From Vulcanimicrobiota bacterium (GTDB taxonomy: Bacteria > Vulcanimicrobiota > Xenobia > Xenobiales > JADMJV01), in assembly GCA_050250895.1 (NCBI GenBank), contig JBFWNU010000001.1:840008-904007 (forward strand): a stretch of DNA of 64,000 nt, read 5' to 3'. The notes below the pieces were generated by a model, which was not told the DNA's origin, did not search any database, and saw only the letters and a list, made by a program, of their open reading frames with translations. Made by a program: the position numbers and the translations under genes. Within the stretch, counting starts at the first letter, position 1. The number at the start of each line of letters is the position of its first letter. Positions 27,900-37,599 of this stretch are shown one piece after another.

Positions 27900-29774
27900 A
27901 TGCCTGAGCTTCTAAGCCTCATCTCACAGCGGGTCGCGGTCGTCGATGGCGCCATGGGTACCCGTCTTCAATCGCTCACCGGCAACGCCCACTCTTGTAT
28001 CGACGGCTTTAACCTCGACCCGACCTTTTCCGAGATCGTGCAACTGGTCCACCGTTCGTATATCGAGGCCGGTGCCGACATCATTTTCACCAACACCTAC
28101 GGAGCCAATGCCTTCAAGCTTCAGCGCTACGGACGCAAATCGCAGACCGTAGCCATCAACTTCGAGGGAGCCCGCCTGGCCCGCCGGGTGGCCGGTTCCG
28201 ACACCCTGGTCGGGGGCTCGGTGGGCCCGCTCGAGGTCTACGCCTTTCGAGACGAAGTTTCTGAAGAAGAGTTGACCCACGTCTTTAGCGAGCAGATCGG
28301 CGCCCTGGTCGAAGGCGGGGTCCACTTTCTGGCCCTCGAGACCTTTCAGGATCCGGTCGAGTCGACTTGCGCGCTGCGAGCCGCCTCAGAATTCGGCCTG
28401 CCCATCGTCTTTTCGATCGGTGGTGTCCACAACGGCCGCACCGGCACCGGCGCAGAAGCGCAAGATATCGCGCTGATCGCCGCCGACATGGGCGCAGCCG
28501 TGATCGGAGCCAACTGCCGAGGCCCCTTCGACATCCTCGAGACGGTGAGGCTGTTGGCCCAGGTGACCAGCCTGCCGCTTTTGGCCATGCCGAATGCGGG
28601 CTCGCCCGAGATCGATCGTGGCCGGGTTGCCTATCACGTCGAGCCCCAACAACTCCGTACTTACACCCGCCGCCTGGTGGAAGCGGGGGCGGTCATAGTG
28701 GGCGGTTGCTGCGGCACCGGCCCCGAGCACATCCGCGAAATGGCCGACGAAGCCTCCAAGCTCGCGCTACCCCCGGCCCGAGCCGTGTCCCGGGTGCGGG
28801 TGGTGGCCGCCTCGCCCAAAGCGGCCCATCGCAAGCAGCAGCAGACCAACCATGTGGCCCAGGTTTTCGACTCGGTAAAGACGATTGTCAGCGTCGAAAT
28901 GCGTCCGGTCCGGGCCGGCGCCTTCGAAGACTATCTCGAAGCGGGACGCTTGCTGGCTCGCGAGGGAGTCCACCTCTTCGACGTGCCCGACAACGCGGGA
29001 GCCAAAGTGACCCTCGACCCCATGGTGTCGGCCGCCCGGCTGCAGAGCGAGACCCGCATTCCGACCATCATGCACTTGTCCACCTCGCACCGCAATCTGA
29101 TCGCCACCCAGTCCTACCTGCTGGGCTGTTGGGAAAGCGGCCTTCAGGCCATTCTGGCGGTGACCGGCGACCATCCCAACGTGGGGGATCACGACAAATA
29201 CGCCAACCGGGTCAACGATGTCAAGAGTTCGGTCAACCTGATGAAACTAATCGGTGACCTCAATCAGGGCAAGCTCTTCAACGGCACTCCCTGTCTCGAG
29301 ACCGCCTTTCTAGCGGGGGGCGGTTTCAACCCGATGCGCAATCTGACGCCCCAGCTGAAATGGCTGAAGCGCAAACTCGACGCCGGAGCCCAATTCGTCT
29401 ACACCCAGCCACTTTACACCGAAGAAGACGTCGACCGCCTGCTCGAGGCCACCGAGGAGTTCAAAGTGCCGGTGCTGCTGGGAGTTCTCCCGCTCACCTC
29501 ACGCCGCAATGCCGAGTTCTTCGCGGCCGGCAAAATCCCCGGCATCATCGTGCCGCCCCATATCGTAGAAGCCTTCGAGAAGGTCGAAAAGCGAGAAGAC
29601 GGTATCCGGCTGGGCATGGACCTCGCGTGCGAATTCTTGACCCGTATCAAAGATCGCATCCGGGGGTGCTATATCATCCCGCCGTTTGCAGAGGAAAAAT
29701 ACAACCTGGTGGTCGACCTCCTGCGCCACACCGGAATGGTGGAAGCCCAGGAAGTCGCCGCCGAGACCAGATGA
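27900..29774 (+). CDS. Bifunctional homocysteine S-methyltransferase / methylenetetrahydrofolate reductase (YitJ-like)
   Basis: DGAMGT, GANC and GGCCGT in the N-terminal domain; MTHFR-like C-terminal domain (TGD, TQP). Confidence 0.88.
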   Translation: MPELLSLISQRVAVVDGAMGTRLQSLTGNAHSCIDGFNLDPTFSEIVQLVHRSYIEAGADIIFTNTYGANAFKLQRYGRKSQTVAINFEGARLARRVAGSDTLVGGSVGPLEVYAFRDEVSEEELTHVFSEQIGALVEGGVHFLALETFQDPVESTCALRAASEFGLPIVFSIGGVHNGRTGTGAEAQDIALIAADMGAAVIGANCRGPFDILETVRLLAQVTSLPLLAMPNAGSPEIDRGRVAYHVEPQQLRTYTRRLVEAGAVIVGGCCGTGPEHIREMADEASKLALPPARAVSRVRVVAASPKAAHRKQQQTNHVAQVFDSVKTIVSVEMRPVRAGAFEDYLEAGRLLAREGVHLFDVPDNAGAKVTLDPMVSAARLQSETRIPTIMHLSTSHRNLIATQSYLLGCWESGLQAILAVTGDHPNVGDHDKYANRVNDVKSSVNLMKLIGDLNQGKLFNGTPCLETAFLAGGGFNPMRNLTPQLKWLKRKLDAGAQFVYTQPLYTEEDVDRLLEATEEFKVPVLLGVLPLTSRRNAEFFAAGKIPGIIVPPHIVEAFEKVEKREDGIRLGMDLACEFLTRIKDRIRGCYIIPPFAEEKYNLVVDLLRHTGMVEAQEVAAETR

Positions 29775-29784
29775 AGGAGAGCCG

Positions 29785-31167
29785 ATGACCACAAGTAGCG
29801 CCGAAGCCACTCTCCCCGCGTGGCTGCAAATGGGAGAAGTCCTGAGTGCCCAAGAATGCGAAGAGTCCTGCCAGCAGTGGCTGGAATTGACCGGGGCCCA
29901 CATCAACCGGCTGCTCGCCATCGGGCTCAAAGCCTCGGGCAACCCCTTCGTCGAATGGCGTTCGGAGGGCATCCACGTCTATCGGCCCACCGGTGAAGCC
30001 CTGTTTGACTGTCTGGGTGCCGGCGGCGTTTTCGGCCTCGGCTTTCGCCATCCCCAGGTGGTGGCGGCCGTCAAAGCCCAGCTAGACCGCTGCCCTTTGA
30101 GCACGCGCATGGGGGTGGTGCCGGCTCAGGCCGAGTTAGCCAAGAGGCTGTTAGCCCACGCCCCCGAGGGCATGACCAACGTCTTCTTCGGAAACAGCGG
30201 GACCGAGTCGGTTGAGGCCGCCATCAAACTGGCTCGCCTGGCCACGGGCCGCAGCGGTCTGGTCGGCACCCACCAGGGCTACCACGGTATGTCTACGGGA
30301 ACGATCTCGCTGAGCGGCCTGAGTATGTGGCGCGACGGCCTGGGCTCGCCCCTGGGGGACACTCGACTGGTGGCCCACGGCAAACTCGACGCCCTCGAGC
30401 GGACGCTGGACTCGACGGTGGCGGCGGTGGTCCTCGAACCCATCCAGTGGGCCTCGGGCTGCCGGGTGGCCCCGCCCGAATATTTCCAAGGTGTCCGCGA
30501 GCTATGCGATCAGCACGGGGCGCTTCTGATTCTCGATGAAGTCCAGACCGGACTGGGCCGAACCGGGACCTGGTATGCTTGCGAGCATTGGGGCGTGACC
30601 CCTGACATTCTGTGCGTTGGAAAGGTGCTTTCGGGTGGAGTGGTCCCCATCTCCGCCACTCTCTACAATAAACGAGTCTTCGCCAACGAAAAGAACCGGG
30701 CCCTGTTCAACAACTCGAGCTTCGGAGGCAACCCTCTGGCGTGCACGGCCGGCGTGGCCACGATGGATGTGCTCGAGAATGGCCTGCTGGAGCGTTCGCG
30801 GCAGCTGGGCCAGCAGCTCGAGACGGGCTATGACGAGCTCTGCAAAGAGTTCCCGCGCGTGGTCAAAGGCCAGCACGGCATCGGCTTGATGCGTTGCCTC
30901 GAGTTTGCTCACCCGGTCTACGGCTACGTATTCCAAGAAACCCTGCGCTCGGCCAAGTCGATTATCGTGGCGGCCATGGCCCACATCCCTCAATACGTCA
31001 GGGTTTCTCCACCCTTCATCTGCACCGACGAGGATATGGCCCACCTGATCAAGTGCACCCGAGAGGTGATTCAGGATCTGCATGAGCAAGGCTTTCAAAA
31101 AGTCCACCAGCAATTCGGCGAAATCGTGCAACGAGCTCAGGCCGAAATGGCGAAAGAGGCTAACTGA
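29785..31167 (+). CDS. Class III aminotransferase (putrescine/acetylornithine-type)
   Basis: NSGTESVEAAIK, YHG, LILDEVQTGLGRTG, GKVLSGG and FGGNPLAC. Confidence 0.88.
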   Translation: MTTSSAEATLPAWLQMGEVLSAQECEESCQQWLELTGAHINRLLAIGLKASGNPFVEWRSEGIHVYRPTGEALFDCLGAGGVFGLGFRHPQVVAAVKAQLDRCPLSTRMGVVPAQAELAKRLLAHAPEGMTNVFFGNSGTESVEAAIKLARLATGRSGLVGTHQGYHGMSTGTISLSGLSMWRDGLGSPLGDTRLVAHGKLDALERTLDSTVAAVVLEPIQWASGCRVAPPEYFQGVRELCDQHGALLILDEVQTGLGRTGTWYACEHWGVTPDILCVGKVLSGGVVPISATLYNKRVFANEKNRALFNNSSFGGNPLACTAGVATMDVLENGLLERSRQLGQQLETGYDELCKEFPRVVKGQHGIGLMRCLEFAHPVYGYVFQETLRSAKSIIVAAMAHIPQYVRVSPPFICTDEDMAHLIKCTREVIQDLHEQGFQKVHQQFGEIVQRAQAEMAKEAN

Positions 31168-31463
31168 TGGAGAGTCGTATCGGACTATCACCAGAAGAAC
31201 TGATCACCATCTTCAATCGAATGTATCTCGAGGTGTGGGCCAAGACCCGGGAAAAGGTCGACTGGGAATCGGCCAAGATCTCCAAGCAGCTCGCTGAAGG
31301 CAAAGAGGTCGATATCGCAAGCCTTCTGGTAGAACTGATGGAGGTGGTCATCACCGCCGCCCGCGACGGGACGATCCTGGCCATCTATGAAAACAACGAG
31401 AAGGTTGTCGAAGACCTGCGCCAGGCCGGCATCGAGCTTCCTCAGCGAGAACTTACCAATTGA
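31167..31463 (+). CDS. Hypothetical protein (98 aa)
   Basis: TGATG-coupled to the aminotransferase; typical codon usage. Confidence 0.7.
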   Translation: MESRIGLSPEELITIFNRMYLEVWAKTREKVDWESAKISKQLAEGKEVDIASLLVELMEVVITAARDGTILAIYENNEKVVEDLRQAGIELPQRELTN

Positions 31464-31638
31464 CCTAGACAACCGGATCTTTTGCGGTAAGATATGGATG
31501 TGAAGGCCTATCCCATAAATGTTTTGGAAACCAAATACCTTTACAAAAAATTAACAAATCATGTCTTTCAATTTGAAAGAGTGGATGGGATAATAGCCCC
31601 AACAGATAAAAGGCTGGTTTGAAGGAGGAGTTTATACA

Positions 31639-31902
31639 ATGGGACAAGCAGGAGTTGGCGGCGGACAGTTTAACCAGGCGAGTCAGGCAGCCCTATTGCA
31701 GATGCAGGCGACCGACCTGCAGCAGGCACAGACGATCTACACCCAGGTCGCGGCTGACGCTCAGAAGCAGCAGACTCAGCGCTGGAAGATCATGACCGAC
31801 ACCCAGACCAAGATTTTCGAAATCACTCAGGATGTCACTACCAACAAAGCGAAGGCCGCCGACAAAGCGTTCAACGCGATGGACCAGTACATCCGCAGCT
31901 AA
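31639..31902 (+). CDS. Small Gln/Thr-rich helical protein, possible secreted filament subunit
   Basis: Strong RBS AGGAGG, own terminator, AT-rich upstream region; C-terminus paralogous to the next gene. Confidence 0.75.
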   Translation: MGQAGVGGGQFNQASQAALLQMQATDLQQAQTIYTQVAADAQKQQTQRWKIMTDTQTKIFEITQDVTTNKAKAADKAFNAMDQYIRS

Positions 31903-31923
31903 GAGTCAAAGACTCTAACCCGG

Positions 31924-31954
31924 AAGCGGCCCCAAACGGGGTCGTTTTTATTTT
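31924..31954 (+). terminator. Intrinsic terminator
   Basis: AAGCGGCCCC-AAAC-GGGGTCGTTT followed by a T-rich tract. Confidence 0.7.
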
Positions 31955-32047
31955 CTGCGCGCTTTGCAGAGAGTTTACAAAAGGGGCAAACCGCTTTCTT
32001 TACCGAAAGAAGATGCGCCGGTATAATAGCCGAGTAAGGGAGCCACT

Positions 32048-33016
32048 ATGGATAGGATTAATCAACAGAACCTTCTCAATGCCGCCACCACACGCGCCCA
32101 GTCGAGGGTGGCCGCAACCCACGGTCGCGCCGCTACAGGCGTCAAGAACGAAGAAGAGAAGAAGATCGAAAAGCCTGGCGATCAGGTCCACATCTCGACT
32201 CCTCACGTAGCCGAAGGCGAGCCGGCCCACGAGCAGCCGCAGGCCGAAACCAGGACCCAGCCCGATGCCGCCAAGGCCGGAGCCAACCAGGCCCGCCAAG
32301 AAACTCCCTACGAAAAGCTCGACCGCCTGAGCGAAAAGATGCTCAACACCATCGCTTCGAATTTCTCGGAAGAAGAGCAAAAAGAGCTGTCCGCCCGGGT
32401 GGAAAAAGCTGGCGTGCCTCCCGAAGGCATCATTCCCGCTCTAGCCGAGAACGCCCGGGATATGGCCCTCGAAAAGGCCAACCAACTGGCCCCCAACACC
32501 AGCGAAGCCGAAAAGCTCGAGATGGCCAAGACCAATCCCGAGATGGCCCGCCTGGGCCGCGTCGCGGGTAGCGCTCAGTCCTTCATTCAAGGCGCCCTGG
32601 ATGTCGCTCAGCAGCGCCAGGGCCCAACCCCCGGCCCCAACGGACCTATTCCTGGTCAACCCGGACCAGGCCAACCCAACGGCTTTGGCCCCGGAATGCC
32701 GCCCGGTGGGATGCCCCCTGGCGGAATGCCGCCCGGCTCCTCCGGCGTTCCCGGCATGCCCCCCGGCGGGATGCGCCCCGGCATGTCCGATGTAGAACTC
32801 GCCCAGCAGATGGCTCAGCGCAAGCAAGAGATGGAGCAGGTTCGCACCATCTGGGCCGAAACGTGGGCCATGATGCAAAAAGAGATGATGAAGCGCTGGC
32901 AGCTGATGCAAGATACTTTCACCGAGATCTCCAAGATCATCATGGACGTGTCGGTTTATCGCGCCCAAACCTTCTCTCGCGCCGCCGAAGCCTTCGACGC
33001 GTACCTGCGCTCTTAG
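32048..33016 (+). CDS. Hypothetical protein with GMPPG repeats and a C-terminal domain homologous to the 31639 protein
   Basis: RWQLMQDT...DV...AFDAYLRS versus RWKIMTDT...DV...AMDQYIRS. Confidence 0.75.
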   Translation: MDRINQQNLLNAATTRAQSRVAATHGRAATGVKNEEEKKIEKPGDQVHISTPHVAEGEPAHEQPQAETRTQPDAAKAGANQARQETPYEKLDRLSEKMLNTIASNFSEEEQKELSARVEKAGVPPEGIIPALAENARDMALEKANQLAPNTSEAEKLEMAKTNPEMARLGRVAGSAQSFIQGALDVAQQRQGPTPGPNGPIPGQPGPGQPNGFGPGMPPGGMPPGGMPPGSSGVPGMPPGGMRPGMSDVELAQQMAQRKQEMEQVRTIWAETWAMMQKEMMKRWQLMQDTFTEISKIIMDVSVYRAQTFSRAAEAFDAYLRS

Positions 33017-33027
33017 GGGTTATCAAG

Positions 33028-33057
33028 AAAAGACCCGGCTAGTCCGGGTCTTTTTTT
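33028..33057. terminator. Hairpin terminator between convergent genes
   Basis: AAAAGACCCGG-CTAGT-CCGGGTCTTTTTTT. Confidence 0.6.
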
Positions 33058-33620
33058 GTTTCGCGGCGCTTGTCGCGGCTGTGGTCGTGGGCCCGTTCCT
33101 TATCGGGTCGCCCAGGCATCTTGGCCGGTCCCTCCGGCGTGCAGGCCATGGCAATCTTGTAACGCTCGACCACAAAACCCATCCTGAGCGATTTCAGGTA
33201 GCTTCGTCGATTGGCCGCGGTGATTTCGGCGGTGACGTAGCGGTGCCCGGCCTGGCCCGACAACTGGGCCGCCTTGCGGGTCAGCATCGGGCCGGCCTGA
33301 GTGCCCCAGAACCTTTCCTCTACACCCAGGTCGAAGATGTAGCCCTGCCGCTCGCCGGTGCTTGGCTCGGTGTGATTGAGGTCGAGCAAGAGGTAGCCCA
33401 TCCTCTCGCCTGCATCGCGGTCCTCAGCGATCAGCACAACGAAGTCGTCACTGCTGCGGGCGCGTCCGAGCACCTGATCGGCGGTGGAACGCACGGTTGC
33501 CTTCACCGCCCGATTGGGAATATCGCGATTGACCGGGATGTTGTAGATCGAACTCTCGATCATCAAACGGCGGACGTAAGGAAAATCCTCTTCGTCCGCC
33601 TTGCGAATATAGATATCCAA
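33039..33620 (-). CDS. GNAT family N-acetyltransferase
   Basis: YIFDLGVEERFWGTQAG motif A-like segment; N...GF motif B. Confidence 0.75.
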   Translation of the reverse strand: MDIYIRKADEEDFPYVRRLMIESSIYNIPVNRDIPNRAVKATVRSTADQVLGRARSSDDFVVLIAEDRDAGERMGYLLLDLNHTEPSTGERQGYIFDLGVEERFWGTQAGPMLTRKAAQLSGQAGHRYVTAEITAANRRSYLKSLRMGFVVERYKIAMACTPEGPAKMPGRPDKERAHDHSRDKRRETKKDPD

Positions 33621-33632
33621 GGACCCGACCGA

Positions 33633-34088
33633 CTACATCATAGTAGAGGAGTCGATGTACATCTCTTCGAGACGCTTGCGATTGTCGCGGTTGATGCGCA
33701 TCGCCTCGTTGATGTGATCGTTGCCCTGCCGGCAGATATCCAGGCCTTCTTCGAGATGAGCCACATCGAGGTCGTCGGCGAACAAAGCCATGCGAGCGAC
33801 CCCTTCGTGCCACAACTGGATACCGGTGAAGCCGACTTCGAGTTCCTCGCGGAAATCCTCGACCGCCTCAGGGGGAATCTCGATCTGGCGAATCTGCTCT
33901 TCGCGCTCGGCCAGCGTCTGAGCCAGCCCCTCGATGAACTCGGAAAACTGGTCCGTCGTCCACTCACCCGAGGCAGCCTTCTCTGCCGCCTCTTCGGCTT
34001 CGCGCAGCCGCTGGTCGACCGTATCAGGCTCGGGCTCACGGGCCTGCTGAGCCATTCTCGCTTGCTGGGGGTTGCTACCTTGCTCCAC
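33633..34088 (-). CDS. Hypothetical helical protein (paralogue of upstream gene)
   Basis: GTG start with GAGGA RBS; aligns with 34172-34621. Confidence 0.7.
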   Translation of the reverse strand: MEQGSNPQQARMAQQAREPEPDTVDQRLREAEEAAEKAASGEWTTDQFSEFIEGLAQTLAEREEQIRQIEIPPEAVEDFREELEVGFTGIQLWHEGVARMALFADDLDVAHLEEGLDICRQGNDHINEAMRINRDNRKRLEEMYIDSSTMM

Positions 34089-34171
34089 CTTATATTCCTC
34101 GGGGTTTTCCTGAATTTCGGCACAGGTTCGTCGATTCGCCAAGCATTCCCTTCCTCAGAGCTTGCTAGCGA

Positions 34172-34621
34172 TCACACCGCAGGGCCTGCTCCCATCGAGT
34201 CAAGAAGCTCCTCCGCCGCCTCATCGAGCGTCAGGCACAACTCCCAGGCGTGAGCGATGCCGTCATTTAACATCGAATCGCCCTGGGCAGCCATCGCCAG
34301 CGCCCCGTCTTGAAGGCTCTTATCGGGACTAGAAGCCCATTGCTCCAACATGCTGATGGCCTGCAACTGATATTCGACCCCGCGCCGGCCCGCCTCGAAC
34401 AACTCCTTGCCCGCCAGCCAGGTCTCGGCGTCCAGGTTCGTCTCTGAGAATTCGGCCAGAATCGCCTGTCCGGCCATGCGCTCGCGCTGTAGATAGTCCA
34501 AGAATTCTTCCTGCGTGATGTCTCCGGTGCGGTATTCAAGAATCTTCTCGTTGAAATTCTCTTTCTTACCTGGTAGTCGAGGCAGGCCTCGTTCGCGCAT
34601 TTCTTCATGGAATGACGACAT
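34172..34621 (-). CDS. Hypothetical helical protein
   Basis: Start taken at MSSFHEE; aligns with 33633-34088. Confidence 0.65.
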   Translation of the reverse strand: MSSFHEEMRERGLPRLPGKKENFNEKILEYRTGDITQEEFLDYLQRERMAGQAILAEFSETNLDAETWLAGKELFEAGRRGVEYQLQAISMLEQWASSPDKSLQDGALAMAAQGDSMLNDGIAHAWELCLTLDEAAEELLDSMGAGPAV

Positions 34622-34871
34622 GTAGCGTCCATCTTCTGGCTTGCCCAGCTTTCCCCTCCGAAATTCCATCCTCCATACAACCCAAACCAACAGCATCAAA
34701 TCCTTACGCGATATAGCCTTGAGGCTTGTCGTCAAGACCAATCCCAGAATAAACCAGGAGCCGAACGCCAAGAACAAACTTTCGGCCGGCCTAAAAAAGG
34801 AATCGCCTGATGAGGACGGGAAGCCATTTAGGTCCTTTTTGGAATTATTTTCAACTAAAAGGAGAAACGAC

Positions 34872-35603
34872 TTGAGACAAAGTCTTCGAAATACGCTCAT
34901 AAAACTGGTTACCATCGGCATGTTATCTGGCTGGGCCCAGGCCGATATTCTCTACTCGGTGCGCCCTGGCGACTCCATCGAGAGCATTGCCAAAGCCTAC
35001 GGCCTGCAAACCGAAGAGATTTTGGCGGCCAACCCCAAACTTGGCGATCTGGCCGCCGGCCAGGTGCTGGTCCTACCCGAGAAAAGCCCGGAACGAGTCC
35101 AGGCCAGCGCCCCCGAAGACCCCCAACTGGTGTCCGGCGTTGACTACGATCCGCCCCAGGCCACCAAGGTCTCGATGCTCGACGAAAAAGAGCAGGCCGC
35201 CGCCCACCGGCGCCGCAGCCTGAGCGCTCGCCGCGGCCGCATGGTTCGTGGCATCACCTCGACCGCCACTCGCTTCATCGGCGTACCCTACCGCATGGGC
35301 GGCACTACTTCGCGCGCTTTTGACTGCTCGGGCTTCACCCAGGCGGTCTACCGCATCAACGGAATCACCCTGCCTCGCACCGCCGATGTGCAGTACAACG
35401 TCGGCAAGCGTGTTCCCAGCGGCAAAGAGGCCCCCGGCGACCTGGTCTTTTTTGAAACCTACCTGCCCGGCGCATCCCACTGCGGCATCTATTTGGGCAA
35501 CGGCAAATTTATTCACGCCTCGTCTTCGCGAGGGGTCACCATCAGCAGTTTGAGCGAGACCTATTATCGCAATCGATATCTCGGGGCCAAACGAGTCTTC
35601 TAG
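34872..35603 (+). CDS. LysM + NlpC/P60 peptidoglycan endopeptidase
   Basis: TTG start after AAGGAG; YSVRPGDSIESIAKAYG (LysM); PYRMGG, FDCSGF, SHCGIY and FIHASS. Confidence 0.9.
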   Translation: MRQSLRNTLIKLVTIGMLSGWAQADILYSVRPGDSIESIAKAYGLQTEEILAANPKLGDLAAGQVLVLPEKSPERVQASAPEDPQLVSGVDYDPPQATKVSMLDEKEQAAAHRRRSLSARRGRMVRGITSTATRFIGVPYRMGGTTSRAFDCSGFTQAVYRINGITLPRTADVQYNVGKRVPSGKEAPGDLVFFETYLPGASHCGIYLGNGKFIHASSSRGVTISSLSETYYRNRYLGAKRVF

Positions 35604-35624
35604 ACCGAGCCCGCGGCTGATTCC

Positions 35625-35652
35625 GAGGCGCCACCTGGCGCCTCTTTCATTT
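35625..35652 (+). terminator. Intrinsic terminator
   Basis: GAGGCGCCA-CC-TGGCGCCTC followed by TTTCATTT. Confidence 0.6.
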
Positions 35653-35695
35653 CCCAGTGCCAGGGTTTTTGGGAACAGCGCCTAAGTTGTCCCGT

Positions 35696-36079
35696 ATGAG
35701 CAGAGAAGATCGCTTACTGGCCACGCTGGCCTACCCGTTCTGGTATCTCGTGTACCCGCTGATCTACATGACCCCCGACAAACGCAACGATCCGTTTTTG
35801 CGCCACCATGCCTATCACGCCCTGTTCATGGGGCTCGGCCTATGGGTCGGAGGCATCCTTCTGCACACCGGGGTAGCCATCATCGGCAAGTTCTTTATCG
35901 TCTTCGGCATCCTGCTTTACCCCCTGGTCAAGCTTCTCAGCTATGCTGCGGTCGGCATGACGATCTACGCCATGTTCACGGCCTGGCAGGGCAAAAAGCT
36001 TTCCTTGCCCTACCTGAGCGAGTTTGCCGAGCCGTTCATCAACGAGAACGCCAGCAGCCTCCACTCCGACCAGGAATAA
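35696..36079 (+). CDS. DUF4870-like small membrane protein
   Basis: LATLAY...FLRHHAYHAL...AWQGKKLSLPYL; three TM helices. Confidence 0.72.
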   Translation: MSREDRLLATLAYPFWYLVYPLIYMTPDKRNDPFLRHHAYHALFMGLGLWVGGILLHTGVAIIGKFFIVFGILLYPLVKLLSYAAVGMTIYAMFTAWQGKKLSLPYLSEFAEPFINENASSLHSDQE

Positions 36080-36143
36080 AGCGCCGCCCTGCTTCTGGCG
36101 CCGACCGTTTTTGGACGAGGGAAGACTCTGGTCCACGAAAGGA

Positions 36144-36172
36144 TTGACGGCATCGGGCCGGTGTGCTAGACT
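36144..36172 (+). promoter_or_regulatory. Sigma70 promoter of tRNA-Leu
   Basis: TTGACG, 17-bp spacer, TAGACT with an extended TG. Confidence 0.65.
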
Positions 36173-36183
36173 CACCCCTGCCC

Positions 36184-36270
<87 letters not shown>

Positions 36271-36273
36271 GAT

Positions 36274-36300
36274 AAGCCCCGAAAGGGGCTTTCTTCATTT
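36274..36300. terminator. Terminator after tRNA
   Basis: AAGCCCC-GAAA-GGGGCTT followed by TCTT. Confidence 0.7.
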
Positions 36301-36304
36301 TCTG

Positions 36305-37426
36305 CTACGGGTCGATGACCTCTAACAGACTGAACTGAAAGTGATCATAGACGGCGTCGAGCCCGTCGGCATGGAGCATCAACTCGGCCTCGACCGTGTC
36401 CAAGGCCCGATAGTAATCCTCGCGCTCGACCTCTTCTTCCGCGTAGCAGAGAGTATAGAATCGCAAAACCTCATAGAGACAGTTGAGCGCCAGCAGACGG
36501 CCCAAGCAGGAGCCGTGACCCAGAAACTTTCGATAGACCACGTGCTCGAAGTAGCGTCGGACCTGTGCGTCAAACCAGTCCGGCAGCGGCTTTGCCCCCA
36601 TCTGCAACTCGACCGACAGTCGCGGCGAGAAAAATGAACGACCCTGAGCCCAGGCTTCGGCCACCTCTCGTCGGGCCGGCCCGCCGGCCGGAACTTCGAC
36701 CACCGAGACCAGCGCCCCGGCTAGACCCCGGATCACCTCATCCGGCGGCTCGCCCACCTCGACCGCCTGAAAGCTCTCCAACTCGAAAGGCGTTTCGTCG
36801 TTGAGATGCTTGAGAAAGGCCATCCCCAAACTGACAGCCGCTTGCCACAGGGCATGCCTGAAGGGAGTCCTCCCCAAAAACTCGAGTACACGAGACTCGA
36901 CTCCACGATAGATCGGCCACGGGATCGCCACCCCGGGACCCAGAGGAATGGCCAACTCTTGCAACTGGCTGGGAGGATGCTCCAGGGCCAACTCTTCCAC
37001 AGCCACCTCGATATCGGCCCGATGCTCCTCCAGCGGGCGTCCCGAATCGCGCTGGACCGCCGAGCACAGAAAGGACATCCCGATAACGTAGCCCTCGGGC
37101 GTATTGATGGGATGAAAAGGAAACTGCCGGCAAGGCCGAGGCTTTGCCTCAAACCCCTGCTCCGCGTGAATCGAGCACAGACGGTCTTCTTGGAGAAACA
37201 AGCAGCGCCCGTCCTCATGTCGACCGATCACCTGCAGCCCGCTCTCGAGCGACTCGATGGGAGTGTAGCCCTGACGAGACAACCTTTGTCCCGGGCCACC
37301 TCGCCGAATGCCTTGCGCAGTCTCGGGCGTCACGACAATGGTCCAGCGAATCTCACAACCCTTGCCACACTGTAGACAGTCGTAGCGGAGGTCAGGCAGA
37401 TGGATGGGCCGTTTTTCAGTGGTCAT
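36305..37426 (-). CDS. YkgJ-family cysteine-cluster protein with C-terminal extension
   Basis: CLQCGKGC...CLFL...CSIH...KPRPCRQFPF; start uncertain (37426 or 37453). Confidence 0.75.
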   Translation of the reverse strand: MTTEKRPIHLPDLRYDCLQCGKGCEIRWTIVVTPETAQGIRRGGPGQRLSRQGYTPIESLESGLQVIGRHEDGRCLFLQEDRLCSIHAEQGFEAKPRPCRQFPFHPINTPEGYVIGMSFLCSAVQRDSGRPLEEHRADIEVAVEELALEHPPSQLQELAIPLGPGVAIPWPIYRGVESRVLEFLGRTPFRHALWQAAVSLGMAFLKHLNDETPFELESFQAVEVGEPPDEVIRGLAGALVSVVEVPAGGPARREVAEAWAQGRSFFSPRLSVELQMGAKPLPDWFDAQVRRYFEHVVYRKFLGHGSCLGRLLALNCLYEVLRFYTLCYAEEEVEREDYYRALDTVEAELMLHADGLDAVYDHFQFSLLEVIDP

Positions 37427-37599
37427 GCCAGAGTCTTCGAAATTGTTGGGCATAGTTCATACTTTTGTTAAAACTGTTTACATTGGCAACAATACAACAA
37501 CATCTCCAGGTTAGCGCACGACTCGCGGAGAACGTAACCTTAAGCTAAGACAATAGGACCGACTAAAGTCGGCACTTAGAGCGAAGGAGACCCACATCG

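Noticed and set aside
31984-32020. c-di-GMP-I riboswitch (GGGCAAACC start)
   Set aside because: The downstream GGGACGCAAAGC element and P2 stem are absent; a TATAAT follows, so this is more likely promoter DNA.
34807-34840. Hammerhead ribozyme core (CTGATGAG)
   Set aside because: No GAAA after the putative stem II and no stem III cleavage site.
34625-34870. c-di-AMP (ydaO) riboswitch upstream of the LysM-NlpC/P60 gene
   Set aside because: The context fits, but the conserved GCTGAA, GGGGAACC and CAGCTAAC elements are not present.
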